From the NCBI GenBank assembly GCA_902557145.1, contig CACDYZ010000008.1, forward strand, positions 1,580 through 65,579: DNA of 64,000 nucleotides. The letters are read 5' to 3'. Shown piece by piece: positions 1 through 13,419 of this stretch (its first letter is position 1; every line of letters starts with the position of its first letter). This DNA comes from an uncultured Alphaproteobacteria bacterium (lineage in GTDB: Bacteria > Pseudomonadota > Alphaproteobacteria > HIMB59). A model generated the notes under the pieces. That model saw only the letters and a list, made by a program, of their open reading frames with translations. It was not told the origin of the DNA and did not search any database. The position numbers and the translations under genes were made by a program.

Positions 1-1
1 T

Positions 2-223
2 CAGCTAATAAGCTCTTGCAAATTCGTATTAAAATTATCTTTGAAGAACGGAGGCTCATCTATAAATGATTACAAATCTCCAGACGGAACACTGGGAAGT
101 TTCCAGAGTTTGTTTAAGGTTTACCAAAAGAAACATGTAATTTATAAAAAAAAATCCTATAAAATAAAAAAAATCATTCAAAATGGTCGTTCGACCTTTT
201 TTTCACCTGCTTTACAAAAATAA
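2..223 (+). CDS. mutM: Formamidopyrimidine-DNA glycosylase (Fpg/MutM), C-terminal part; gene begins before the window
   Basis: Frame is open from base 2 (QLISSCKFVLKLSLKNGGSSINDY..DG..GSFQ..FKVY...RSTFFSPALQK). GGSS/DG..G.FQ/RSTF is the Fpg C-terminus, and mutM-rpsT-dnaA is typical alphaproteobacterial synteny. Confidence 0.85.
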   Translation, partial: QLISSCKFVLKLSLKNGGSSINDYKSPDGTLGSFQSLFKVYQKKHVIYKKKSYKIKKIIQNGRSTFFSPALQK

Positions 224-282
224 AAAAATCTATATAAGTTATTAACGTTATTAAACGAACAACCTGTTAACAATATTTTAAT

Positions 283-549
283 ATGCCACAACATAAATCA
301 GCCAAAAAAAGACTTCGTCAATCTGATAGAAAAAAAACTGTTAACAAAGCAGTAAAATCCAATGTATCAACCCAATTGAAGGCGATTGATAAACTCATCA
401 AAGATAAAAAAGTAGATGAATCAATGGAAAAATTAAAAATGGTTATGTCTGTTTTGCATAAGTCTACTAAGAAGAAAATTATGCATCTTAATAAAGCCTC
501 AAGAACTATTTCCAAACTACAAAAAGATATTTCTGCAATTTCTAAATAA
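283..549 (+). CDS. rpsT: 30S ribosomal protein S20
   Basis: MPQHKSAKKRLRQ...HLNKASR..SKL; 88 aa, basic, upstream of dnaA. Confidence 0.96.
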   Translation: MPQHKSAKKRLRQSDRKKTVNKAVKSNVSTQLKAIDKLIKDKKVDESMEKLKMVMSVLHKSTKKKIMHLNKASRTISKLQKDISAISK

Positions 550-655
550 TTCTTTTTTTCAAGATATTTTTTTTAAAAAAAACGTTTTTTTTTATTCTTC
601 TTTTTTAACTTTTCATGTTTAAATACGCCTTCGTTTAGAGGAAGGAATATACATA

Positions 656-2023
656 GTGGAAGAAGAACTGCATCAAGGTGGCATAGATGTGTCCTGGTCC
701 AAGATAACATCTGAATTAAAAAAATCTCTAGACAAAGATACCTTCCAAAATTGGATTAAACCAATTTATTTTGAATCTCATATAGATACTTCTCTCACCC
801 TTTCAGTTCCAACAAGATTTTTACGTGATTGGATAATAAAAAACTATGCCTCAGTTATCAAAAAAGCTTATATGGACCAAGGTCATAGTATTGATAAACT
901 AGCTATACTCGTAAAAGAGAATAATGATCGTATTATTCCTGGTACAGAAGTAATTTATGAAGATAAAGATGATGATGAAGACACATATTATGATGACATC
1001 TCTGCACCATTAGACCCAAAATTTACTTTTGATAATTTTATTGTTGGAAAGCCCAATGAGCTAGCATATGCAGCTGCACAACGAGTTGCGCAATCGGAGG
1101 TAGTAAGTTTTAATCCATTATTTTTGTATGGAGGCGTTGGTTTAGGTAAAACACATTTAATGCATGCAGTAGCTTGGAATATAAAAAAAAGAAATCCAAA
1201 AAAAAATGTTGTTTATTTAACTGCAGAAAAATTTATGTATCAATTTATCAAAGCCCTCAGGTTTAAAAATATTATGAGTTTTAAAGAACAGTTCAGATCA
1301 GTAGATGTTCTTATGATAGATGATGTGCAATTTATTATTGGTAAAGACAACACCCAAGAGGAATTTTTCCATACTTTTAACACTCTAATTGACAAAAAAA
1401 GACAAATTATTATTTCAGCAGATAAATCACCCGCAGATCTTGATGGCTTAGAGGATAGATTAAAATCTAGATTAGGCTGGGGATTAGTTGCTGATATACA
1501 TCCTTTAACCTACGAGTTACGATTAGGTATCCTTCAAGCAAAAGCTGAGCAAAAATCTTTACAACTAAAACAAGAAGTGATGGAATTTTTAGCAAATAAA
1601 ATTACTAATAATGTCAGAGAAATGGAAGGAGCCTTAAATAGATTGGCTGTTCATGCATCAATTCAGGACTCTGAAATATCCGTTGACCTTGTGAAAGATG
1701 TTTTAAAAGATTTACTTAGAACTAACTCTAGAAAAATTACAATTGATGAAATCCAAAAGAAAGTTGTTGAGCATTACAATATTAAACTTTCAGATATGCA
1801 TTCTCCTAGAAGATCAAGATCTGTTGCGCGTCCTAGACAGGTAGCTATGTATTTAGCAAAATCAATTACAACAAGATCTTTGCCTGAAATTGGTAGAAAA
1901 TTTGGTGGCAGAGACCACACTACCGTTATCCATGCTATTAAGACTATTGAAGAAATTATGGTTAATGACCCTAACTTAGCAGAAGATATTGAACTTTTGA
2001 CTAGAATATTGCAAACTTCCTAA
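656..2023 (+). CDS. dnaA: Chromosomal replication initiator DnaA
   Basis: FTFDNF, NPLFLYGGVGLGKTHL (Walker A), LMIDD, and domain IV motifs RPRQVAMYL and GGRDHTTV. Confidence 0.99.
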   Translation: MEEELHQGGIDVSWSKITSELKKSLDKDTFQNWIKPIYFESHIDTSLTLSVPTRFLRDWIIKNYASVIKKAYMDQGHSIDKLAILVKENNDRIIPGTEVIYEDKDDDEDTYYDDISAPLDPKFTFDNFIVGKPNELAYAAAQRVAQSEVVSFNPLFLYGGVGLGKTHLMHAVAWNIKKRNPKKNVVYLTAEKFMYQFIKALRFKNIMSFKEQFRSVDVLMIDDVQFIIGKDNTQEEFFHTFNTLIDKKRQIIISADKSPADLDGLEDRLKSRLGWGLVADIHPLTYELRLGILQAKAEQKSLQLKQEVMEFLANKITNNVREMEGALNRLAVHASIQDSEISVDLVKDVLKDLLRTNSRKITIDEIQKKVVEHYNIKLSDMHSPRRSRSVARPRQVAMYLAKSITTRSLPEIGRKFGGRDHTTVIHAIKTIEEIMVNDPNLAEDIELLTRILQTS

Positions 2024-3133
2024 ATGGATTTTAGAGTTAGTCGAGAGGCTTTTTTAAGAGTTTTAACTCATGTCAGTTCAATTGTTGATAGTAGATCGAC
2101 TATTCCGATTTTATCCAATATCTATATTAAATGTGACAACAACCAAATTGAAATAAGATCAACAGATATGGACATCTCTATTCGAGAGTTTGTTTCAACT
2201 GACTCTTCAAAAAACGGTGAAGCAACGGTCAACTCCAGAATACTTACTGATATAATTCGTAAAACAAAAAAAAACTCTATTGTAAAATGTAAATTAGAGG
2301 GAAATAGACTAATAATAAACTCTGATAACTCCGTTTTCGAATTAAACGCATTAACTGCAGACGAGTTCCCAAAGTTTGTACCGTTAGACCCAACAAACTC
2401 TTTCGAGCTATCTATACCTCAGATTAAAAGACTCTTTAATAAAACAAAATTTGCAATATCTGCCGAAGAGACAAGATATTATCTCAATGGTATTTACTTT
2501 CATACTGTCACCAATGGAGCAAAGTCTACTTTAAGATGCGTTGCTACTGACGGTCATAGATTAGCTAAGACAGAGTTAGATCTAGCAAATGTTATCAACA
2601 TATCAGGTATCATTCTCCCAAGAAAATTTATACTTCAGTTAGACCGTATGTTAGGGGACTTTGAAGGTAAGGTAAAAATAATATGCACAGATACTCAGGT
2701 AAGCTTAGAAGCAGATAATTTCATAATCATAAGTAAGCTTATTGATGGAACTTTCCCAGATTACGAAAAAGTAATACCTGTATCTAATGATAAATTACTG
2801 CAAGTTGAAGCGGAACCATTTTTTAATGCTATTGATAGAGTCTCGACTGTAAATCAAGACAAAACACCCACAGTTAAATTACAATTTGAAAATAATAGTA
2901 TTAAGATTATGGCTACAAGCACAGACAGCAACAAAGGAGACGAAGAGGTTGCAGCAAACTACGCTGCTGAGGGTTTAGAAATACTTTTTAACTCAAAATA
3001 TATTTTGGATTTACAAGACGTGATTGAAGGAGATACTATGATCTTAGAGTTACTCAACCAATCATCACCAGTCATAGTAAAGGACCCTAAAGACTCAACA
3101 AGTTTATATATTTTAATGCCAATGAGAATTTAA
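2024..3133 (+). CDS. dnaN: DNA polymerase III beta sliding clamp
   Basis: TIPILSN, EETRYYLNG, VATDGHRLA, LIDGTFPDY, C-terminal LMPMRI. Confidence 0.98.
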   Translation: MDFRVSREAFLRVLTHVSSIVDSRSTIPILSNIYIKCDNNQIEIRSTDMDISIREFVSTDSSKNGEATVNSRILTDIIRKTKKNSIVKCKLEGNRLIINSDNSVFELNALTADEFPKFVPLDPTNSFELSIPQIKRLFNKTKFAISAEETRYYLNGIYFHTVTNGAKSTLRCVATDGHRLAKTELDLANVINISGIILPRKFILQLDRMLGDFEGKVKIICTDTQVSLEADNFIIISKLIDGTFPDYEKVIPVSNDKLLQVEAEPFFNAIDRVSTVNQDKTPTVKLQFENNSIKIMATSTDSNKGDEEVAANYAAEGLEILFNSKYILDLQDVIEGDTMILELLNQSSPVIVKDPKDSTSLYILMPMRI

Positions 3134-6669
<3,536 letters not shown>

Positions 6670-7914
6670 TTGGATAATCAAAAAAACTTCCTTTTCGTTA
6701 ATTCCTCCGACTTTCTAATTATACGAGCTATTGCTTTTGGCGGTCAGGCCGCTACTTTATCAATTACACAGTATTTTTTCGAAATTTCAAAAGTAGTTGC
6801 AACTGCCTCGTGGATTATAGCCTTTGTTTTGATGGCCAGCATTATCCTAGGTTTTTACTTAAACAAAGGTGATAAAATTATTTCAGAAAAACAAGTCTTC
6901 ATATTTTTATGTTTTGATATCATTCAAATTTCGAGTTTAATTGCCTTGAACGGTGGATACACTAATCCTTTCATATTTATCATCTTGGCCCCTATTGCTA
7001 TTGCAGCATCATACCTAGCGATAGAAAGAATAATTATTATTTTAAGTTTGGCGTTAGTTTGCTTTGCCTTAATATTTAATTTTTTTATTACTCTTCCTCC
7101 ATCTGTTCACCCAAATATTAATTTTACATATAGTTTAGCTATCATGATCTCTCTTTTTATAAGCAGCATCTTTTTAGTTTTCTATCTTTATTACTTTTCT
7201 CTAAACTACAAAAACACTCAAAAAGCATATGAATTAGCAAGCAAGCAACTTCAAAATGAAAAAGAACTTTTAAAAGTAGGTGGGTTAGCGGCAGCAGCTG
7301 TTCATGAACTAGGGACACCATTGAATACAATAAACCTAATTGTTGGAGATTTTAACCAAGATAAAAAGCTAAAAGATGATTATGGAAAAGACATTAAAAC
7401 GTTATTGTTAGAATTAGATAGATGTAAGGCAATACTTAAAGAACTTTCAACTAATCCAGAGTCAAAAGAACTCTCCTCTGAAATAACTAATATGTCATTA
7501 GATGCATATACACAATCTTTGTGCGAACAATTCTCGAATAATTATCGCGCAGTAAATTTAGATTATAGATCGGATGAAAATTCTAAAAATATTAATATTA
7601 AAATTACACCTGAGCTTAATATCGCTATGAATAATATAATCAAAAATGCAATTAGTTTTGCGTATAGAGAAATATTGATAATTTCAGAAACTTCAACAAA
7701 TAAATATTCCATCAAAATCCGTGATGACGGCCCAGGTTTTGATAAAAAGTTTATAGCTAATTTTGGAAAACCATTCTATTCTAGCAGGGCTGAAAAAGGG
7801 GTAAATATGGGCCTTGGTTTATTCATAACAAAACAAATGATTGAAAATCTAAATGGTGAAATATCAGTACAAAGTAATAATGGAGCAGAAGTAACTTTAA
7901 CATGGCAGATTTAG
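6670..7914 (+). CDS. regB: Redox sensor histidine kinase RegB/PrrB/ActS
   Basis: Multi-pass TM N-terminus with quinone-binding GGYTNPF, H-box AAAAVHELGTPL, conserved redox Cys in DRCK, DDGPGF and GLGLF. Confidence 0.92.
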   Translation: MDNQKNFLFVNSSDFLIIRAIAFGGQAATLSITQYFFEISKVVATASWIIAFVLMASIILGFYLNKGDKIISEKQVFIFLCFDIIQISSLIALNGGYTNPFIFIILAPIAIAASYLAIERIIIILSLALVCFALIFNFFITLPPSVHPNINFTYSLAIMISLFISSIFLVFYLYYFSLNYKNTQKAYELASKQLQNEKELLKVGGLAAAAVHELGTPLNTINLIVGDFNQDKKLKDDYGKDIKTLLLELDRCKAILKELSTNPESKELSSEITNMSLDAYTQSLCEQFSNNYRAVNLDYRSDENSKNINIKITPELNIAMNNIIKNAISFAYREILIISETSTNKYSIKIRDDGPGFDKKFIANFGKPFYSSRAEKGVNMGLGLFITKQMIENLNGEISVQSNNGAEVTLTWQI

Positions 7915-8462
7915 AACAAAACGCAGTAACAAAAGATAAAACACTTTTTATAATTGAGGACGATAAGCCCTTTCGAGAGCGACTAACCACTTCTTTTCAA
8001 CGAAAAGATTTCACAGTAACAGCAGCTGCGTCTAAAAAAGAGGCATTAGACGTTTTATCAGGCAATAACTTCAATTACGCCATAGTAGACCTTCGTTTGG
8101 GAGATGGCTCTGGTCTCGATGTTATTAAGGTAATAAAAGAGCAAAACCCAGAGTGTCGGACAGTTATGTTGACTAGTTACGGCAACATAGCTACAGCAGT
8201 GTCATCCGTAAAATTAGGCGCTGATGATTACTTAACGAAACCAGCTAATATCGATGATATTGAAAAGTCACTAATGTCCTCCACAGCTACATCTCTGCCC
8301 CCACCTCCTGAAAATCCAATGTCTGCAGATAGAATTAGATGGGAACATATACAAAGAGTTTTTACTCAGTGTAACCGTAACGTCTCTGAAACAGCAAGAA
8401 GATTAAAAATGCATCGAAGAACTCTTCAAAGAATTCTAAACAAGCACGCCCCTAAAGAATAG
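7902..8462 (+). CDS. regA: Redox response regulator RegA/PrrA/ActR
   Basis: Receiver domain plus PPPPENPMSADRIRWEHIQRV...NVSETARRLKMHRRTLQRIL. Confidence 0.97.
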   Translation: MADLEQNAVTKDKTLFIIEDDKPFRERLTTSFQRKDFTVTAAASKKEALDVLSGNNFNYAIVDLRLGDGSGLDVIKVIKEQNPECRTVMLTSYGNIATAVSSVKLGADDYLTKPANIDDIEKSLMSSTATSLPPPPENPMSADRIRWEHIQRVFTQCNRNVSETARRLKMHRRTLQRILNKHAPKE

Positions 8463-8494
8463 TATATACCTGCAATCTTTGTTATTCTGCGTAG

Positions 8495-11173
8495 ATGTCT
8501 GAGTCTCGGTTAATCCTTGTAGATGGTTCAGGATATATTTTCCGAGCTTACTACGCCTTACCCCCAATGAATAACTCCAGAGGTATACCCACTAATGCTG
8601 TTTATGGATTTTGTAATATGATGCTTAGACTAATAGAAGAACACCCCAGTGACAAAATACTAATAATACTTGATGCTGGTAAGAATACTTTTCGAAACAC
8701 TTTATTTTCTGAATACAAAGCGAACCGTGGAGAGGCACCTGAGGATTTAATACCCCAATTTAGTATCATTCGCGAAGCTATTGAAGCATTTGGACTCGAC
8801 GTTATTGAAAAAAAAGATTTTGAGGCTGATGACGTTATTGCAAGTTATGTTAAATATGGAGAGGATAATAAAATACCCACTACTGTATTCAGTTCTGACA
8901 AAGATCTATTTCAATTGTTATCAGCGAACAATCGCATCATGGACCCAATGAAAAATGTTGAGATTGATGAAGCAAAAGTAATGGAAAAATTTGGAGTTGG
9001 CCCAGATAGAATTACAGATGTTCAAGCTCTTATAGGAGATAGTGTTGATAATATACCAGGAGTTCCAGGAATAGGTCCCAAAACAGCCGCTAAATTAATA
9101 AATGAATTCGGCACTTTTGAGGAACTCTTGTTAAAAAAAGATCAAATTTCAAATGTTAGAATAAAAAAACTTATTCATGATCATGAGGAGTCTGCAAAAA
9201 TTAGCCATAAGCTTGTCATTTTAAAAAACGATCTTGAGTTACCTATTAAAATAGAAAAGTTAAAACAATTTGATGACTCCACAAAGCTGAATGACTTCTT
9301 CAAAAAGTACGAATTTAAATCACTTATAAGAACTAGTGCCAATGAAACAAAACCTCATGCATCAAAAAAAAATATAAATTTTAAATCATTAACTAAAACA
9401 AAAAAAATAATAGAATATCTAAATTCTCTTAAATCTGAAAAAATATTGGCTATAGATTTAGAAACTGACAGTTTAGACGTAAATACTGCAAATATTATTG
9501 GCATATCTTTATCGAAGGCCGACCAAGCTTATTACATACCGTTTAAATCCCCAGAAAATGAATTATCCAAGAAAGATCAAGAAAGTGTTCTTAAAAATCT
9601 TAGTGAACTGTGTGGAGATGAATCCATATTAAAATTATTTCACAATGCAAAATATGACTCTGTAATCTTAAAACGTTTTGGTGTCAACACTGTCTCTTTC
9701 CAAGATACATTGCTTATGTCTTTTTTTGTTAACAATGGTTTAACAAAACATAACTTAGAGGATTTGTATTATTACTATTTTGGAGAAGAAAAAGAAAAGT
9801 TCAAAGATGTTATAAAAAATGAGTCCAAAAGAAAATATAAAGATTTTTCTGAAGTGCCATTAGAAGCCGCAACAAATTATGCCGCTCATGACGCATATGC
9901 CACTTTTAAATTATATGAAACTCTCAATGAGCAGATAGCTGAGTCCTTAGATTGTTGGATTTATTATGATATTGATAAAAAACTAAGCTTAGTTCTCCAA
10001 GAAGTAGAAAGCAATGGTTGTAAAATTGATTTAAAATTTTTAAATAAGCTAGAAATAGATCTCAACAAAGAAATTGAAAAAATTGAGCGGAAAATATTTA
10101 AGATTGCTGGTGAAGAATTCAATATTGGGTCCCCAAAACAATTAACTGAAATTTTTAAGAAATTAGATATTAAAGTCACAAAGAAGACTAAGGCAGGAGA
10201 CTTTCAAACAAATGTGAAAGTATTAGAGCAGTTAGAGTCCGAAGATGTTGAAATAGCCTCACATATTTTGCAATGGAGACAATATTCCAAGCTTGTGTCT
10301 ACCTATACCTCGTCATTAGCTGATCACGCAGATAAAAAAGATAGGGTTCATAGCACATTTAATATTGCAGCAACCATAACAGGACGACTAAGTTCATCTG
10401 AACCTAATCTTCAAAACATCCCAATCAGAACTGAAATCGGAAAAAAGATAAGAACAGCCTTTATAGCTGAAAAAGATCATGAGCTTTATAGTTTTGACTA
10501 CTCACAAATTGAACTTCGAGTTTTATGTGAGGCGTGTGAAGACCCAAATTTATTGAAAGCTTTCAAAGAAGATCAGGACATTCATGAAAGTACGGGCCAA
10601 TTAGTTTTTAATAAAAAAATAATTAACGATAATGACAGAAGGATGGCCAAGATTATTAATTTTGGAATAATCTATGGAATTAGCCAATATGGTTTAGCTA
10701 AACAGTTAGGTGTTAGCAATGCGGAAGCAAAGCTTTTTATAGATAACTATTTTAAAAAATTTCCAAACATTAATGACTTTATGAAAGCAACCACCGACAA
10801 AGCAAAAAAACTAGGTTACGTTGAAAACCTTTTTGGAAGAAAGTCTCACATTAAAGACATCAATGCTAAAAACTTTATGCTCCGATCTTTTGCAGAAAGA
10901 CAAGCTATCAATGCACCTATTCAAGGCACAGCATCTGAGTTAATAAAAATTGCTATGTTGGATATTCATAACTATTTAGGGAAAAATAAATGTAAATCTA
11001 AAATGATATCTCAAGTTCATGATGAGCTTTTATTCGAAATTTATAAAAAAGAAAAAGATATTATTCCAGAAATAGTAAAGTTGATGGAAACATCACATCA
11101 AAAATATAAGTCATTTAAAACACCTATAAAAGTTGACTTTGGTGGTGGATTAAATTGGGGTGAGGCTCATTAG
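8495..11173 (+). CDS. polA: DNA polymerase I
   Basis: 5'-3' exo (LVDGS..FRAYYA, EADDVI), 3'-5' exo (DLETD, HNAKYD, YAAHDA) and polymerase motifs DYSQIELR, KIINFGIIYG, QVHDEL. Confidence 0.99.
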   Translation: MSESRLILVDGSGYIFRAYYALPPMNNSRGIPTNAVYGFCNMMLRLIEEHPSDKILIILDAGKNTFRNTLFSEYKANRGEAPEDLIPQFSIIREAIEAFGLDVIEKKDFEADDVIASYVKYGEDNKIPTTVFSSDKDLFQLLSANNRIMDPMKNVEIDEAKVMEKFGVGPDRITDVQALIGDSVDNIPGVPGIGPKTAAKLINEFGTFEELLLKKDQISNVRIKKLIHDHEESAKISHKLVILKNDLELPIKIEKLKQFDDSTKLNDFFKKYEFKSLIRTSANETKPHASKKNINFKSLTKTKKIIEYLNSLKSEKILAIDLETDSLDVNTANIIGISLSKADQAYYIPFKSPENELSKKDQESVLKNLSELCGDESILKLFHNAKYDSVILKRFGVNTVSFQDTLLMSFFVNNGLTKHNLEDLYYYYFGEEKEKFKDVIKNESKRKYKDFSEVPLEAATNYAAHDAYATFKLYETLNEQIAESLDCWIYYDIDKKLSLVLQEVESNGCKIDLKFLNKLEIDLNKEIEKIERKIFKIAGEEFNIGSPKQLTEIFKKLDIKVTKKTKAGDFQTNVKVLEQLESEDVEIASHILQWRQYSKLVSTYTSSLADHADKKDRVHSTFNIAATITGRLSSSEPNLQNIPIRTEIGKKIRTAFIAEKDHELYSFDYSQIELRVLCEACEDPNLLKAFKEDQDIHESTGQLVFNKKIINDNDRRMAKIINFGIIYGISQYGLAKQLGVSNAEAKLFIDNYFKKFPNINDFMKATTDKAKKLGYVENLFGRKSHIKDINAKNFMLRSFAERQAINAPIQGTASELIKIAMLDIHNYLGKNKCKSKMISQVHDELLFEIYKKEKDIIPEIVKLMETSHQKYKSFKTPIKVDFGGGLNWGEAH

Positions 11174-12143
11174 AACATTAATAATATTAATTTTTTTATT
11201 ACCCAACGTTGCTTTGGGTTTAACTTTTAAAAGTGATGGTTCAGTTGTTGATGGTAAAGGAAATATTATAGAGACTAGTAAAAGTACTGAAGTAAATATA
11301 TCTCAATTTGAAAAAGACCTTGAGAGGGTCTCAAAAGACTCAGGTTTTATAGATCAAGAAGGAAAAATATATTTCCGAGATCAGATAACAGACAAAAAAA
11401 ATTCTATAATTATCATTTACAGTCATGGAGCTCAAGGAGATCAAAGAATAGATAAGTGTTTGAGTAGTTGGGCAAAAGTTCCACCTGTAATAAGAGATTT
11501 ACATAATATGAAAATAAAATCTTATGTAATAAAAATATACAGATTATGTTCTGGAGTAAGAGGGTGGACTAATGAAGAACAAGAAAGAATGTGGAGGGCC
11601 CATGGAAAATTAGGAAAATTAGATCTTAATCTTATGGCTAGTGACGGAGCCCAATTAATGAATAAACAAAAAGGATACCAAAAGCTAATAGTTATCAAAA
11701 ATAAACTAGATGAGCTCATAGAGCTTGGTTTTGATAAAATTATCCTTGCAGGTCATTCATCTGGAGGTTGGCAGTCTTTAAAACTTAAAACTTTGTATCC
11801 TGAATTGATAACTGGAGTTATTGGATTAAATCCTGGTGCTGGAGGAACAGTACAAAATAGAAAAGATTGGCCATGGTGGACAGACGTTAGGTATTATGGT
11901 TTTGGGGAATATAATAATCTAAATGCTTTAATACTGACACACGATAAAGATAATTTTAATTCTCCAAAAGATTATGATGTATTTAAAAATATAGACACTG
12001 TAAAAAAAATAAATTTGACAAAATCTACGTGTAAAGGAAAAATCTCACTTGGTGGCTATCATGGTGTAACCTTAACCCATTGCTATTCAATAGAAGAAAC
12101 TAAAAGTAAAAATATAAAAAATTATTTAGAGAACTTGTTTTAA
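11160..12143 (+). CDS. Putative exported alpha/beta hydrolase
   Basis: Hydrophobic signal-like N-terminus, IIYSHG, nucleophile elbow AGHSSGG, candidate Asp (HDKD) and His (GYHG). Confidence 0.6.
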   Translation: MRLIRTLIILIFLLPNVALGLTFKSDGSVVDGKGNIIETSKSTEVNISQFEKDLERVSKDSGFIDQEGKIYFRDQITDKKNSIIIIYSHGAQGDQRIDKCLSSWAKVPPVIRDLHNMKIKSYVIKIYRLCSGVRGWTNEEQERMWRAHGKLGKLDLNLMASDGAQLMNKQKGYQKLIVIKNKLDELIELGFDKIILAGHSSGGWQSLKLKTLYPELITGVIGLNPGAGGTVQNRKDWPWWTDVRYYGFGEYNNLNALILTHDKDNFNSPKDYDVFKNIDTVKKINLTKSTCKGKISLGGYHGVTLTHCYSIEETKSKNIKNYLENLF

Positions 12144-12156
12144 TTTACATTGATTA

Positions 12157-12396
12157 TTAGAAATCATCATCAGGTTTATTAAAGGCCATCCATTTTTCTA
12201 ATTCATGGTATCCACCAATTTTTTCACCATTGATAATTATCTGTGGGAAAGTCTTAGCAGTTGGAAATATTTCAAAAAATTGTTCTCTACTATAATCTTG
12301 ATTTAACATTAATATTTCAGGATCATGGGTTGCTAAGGCTGACTTAGCCATAGTACAAAAAACACAGTTATCTTTGCTATATATCTTTACTTCCAC
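12157..12396 (-). CDS. Glutaredoxin (probable RNR reductant)
   Basis: IYSK..CVFC, TFPQI, IGGY; directly abuts nrdB. Confidence 0.9.
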   Translation of the reverse strand: MEVKIYSKDNCVFCTMAKSALATHDPEILMLNQDYSREQFFEIFPTAKTFPQIIINGEKIGGYHELEKWMAFNKPDDDF

Positions 12397-13386
12397 TTAG
12401 AAAGACTCGTCAAATGACAAGGAGCGATCTGTTGGCCGCTGATATTCACTAACCCTTTTTTCAAAAAAGTTAGTCACATTTTGAACATCTAGAGCTCTCA
12501 TAAAGTCAAATGGATTTTCTGTATTAAATACTCTATCAAATCCAAAAAGATCAGCTATACGATCCGATACTGCTTCGATATACATACACATCATCTCTTT
12601 GTTCATTCCAATAAGATCAACGGGTAGTGCGTCAGTGACAAATTCTTTTTCAAATTCAACTGCTTCTCTAACAATTTCCTCAAACTCTGATTGATTCACA
12701 GAGCCTGGTATTAAATCCATTGATTTAATATCTTCATCTGACAATGTTCCCTTATTAAACTTTTCACTTAATGTCTTAAACATTAAAGCAGAGAAACTAA
12801 AATGCATCCCCTCATCTCTTGCAATCCAATCATTAGAAAGTGCTAGGCCTGGAAGCAGACCTCTTTTTCTAAAGTAATAAATGGCACAAAAAGATCCTGC
12901 AAAAAATAACCCCTCAACCAAACCAAAAGCTATTAATCGCATAAGTAAATTTTGATTTCCATTAAGCCATTTTGAAACCCATTGTGCTTTTTTATTAATA
13001 CAGGGAACATTTTGAATTGCAGAGAACAACTTATCTTTTTCTGACGGGTCCTCGACGTAGGCTTCTATTTGTAAACCATACATTTCAGCATGAATAGATT
13101 CATTTAGCATCTGCATGGTAATAAATAATCGGGACTCAGGAATTAAAATTTCATTATAAAATCTTGAAGCTAAGTTCTCGTTTATCATAGCCTCTGAATT
13201 TGCAAAGAATGCAAGCACATGTTTAATAAAGTGTATTTCTCCCTCACCTAGTGTTTTTAGATCTCTTAAATCATCTTGGAGTGAAACTTCCTCGGGTGTC
13301 CAAAATGCTTGTACGTGCTGTTTATAACGATCGAAAATTTCTTGATGTTGAATAGGGAAAATTGATTTGCATCCTTTAGATATCAT
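12397..13386 (-). CDS. nrdB: Ribonucleotide reductase class I beta subunit, eukaryote-like sequence type
   Basis: FWTPEEV, FFANSEAMINENL, ESIHAEMY, VEGLFF, RDEGMH, TNFFEKRVSEYQ. Confidence 0.96.
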   Translation of the reverse strand: MISKGCKSIFPIQHQEIFDRYKQHVQAFWTPEEVSLQDDLRDLKTLGEGEIHFIKHVLAFFANSEAMINENLASRFYNEILIPESRLFITMQMLNESIHAEMYGLQIEAYVEDPSEKDKLFSAIQNVPCINKKAQWVSKWLNGNQNLLMRLIAFGLVEGLFFAGSFCAIYYFRKRGLLPGLALSNDWIARDEGMHFSFSALMFKTLSEKFNKGTLSDEDIKSMDLIPGSVNQSEFEEIVREAVEFEKEFVTDALPVDLIGMNKEMMCMYIEAVSDRIADLFGFDRVFNTENPFDFMRALDVQNVTNFFEKRVSEYQRPTDRSLSFDESF

Positions 13387-13419
13387 GACTTACTCCTTAT
13401 AATAAATTGATAGAAAATC

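Noticed and set aside
550-655. oriC upstream of dnaA
   Set aside because: AT-rich, but no TTATCCACA-like box cluster was seen, and alphaproteobacterial origins are often not next to dnaA.
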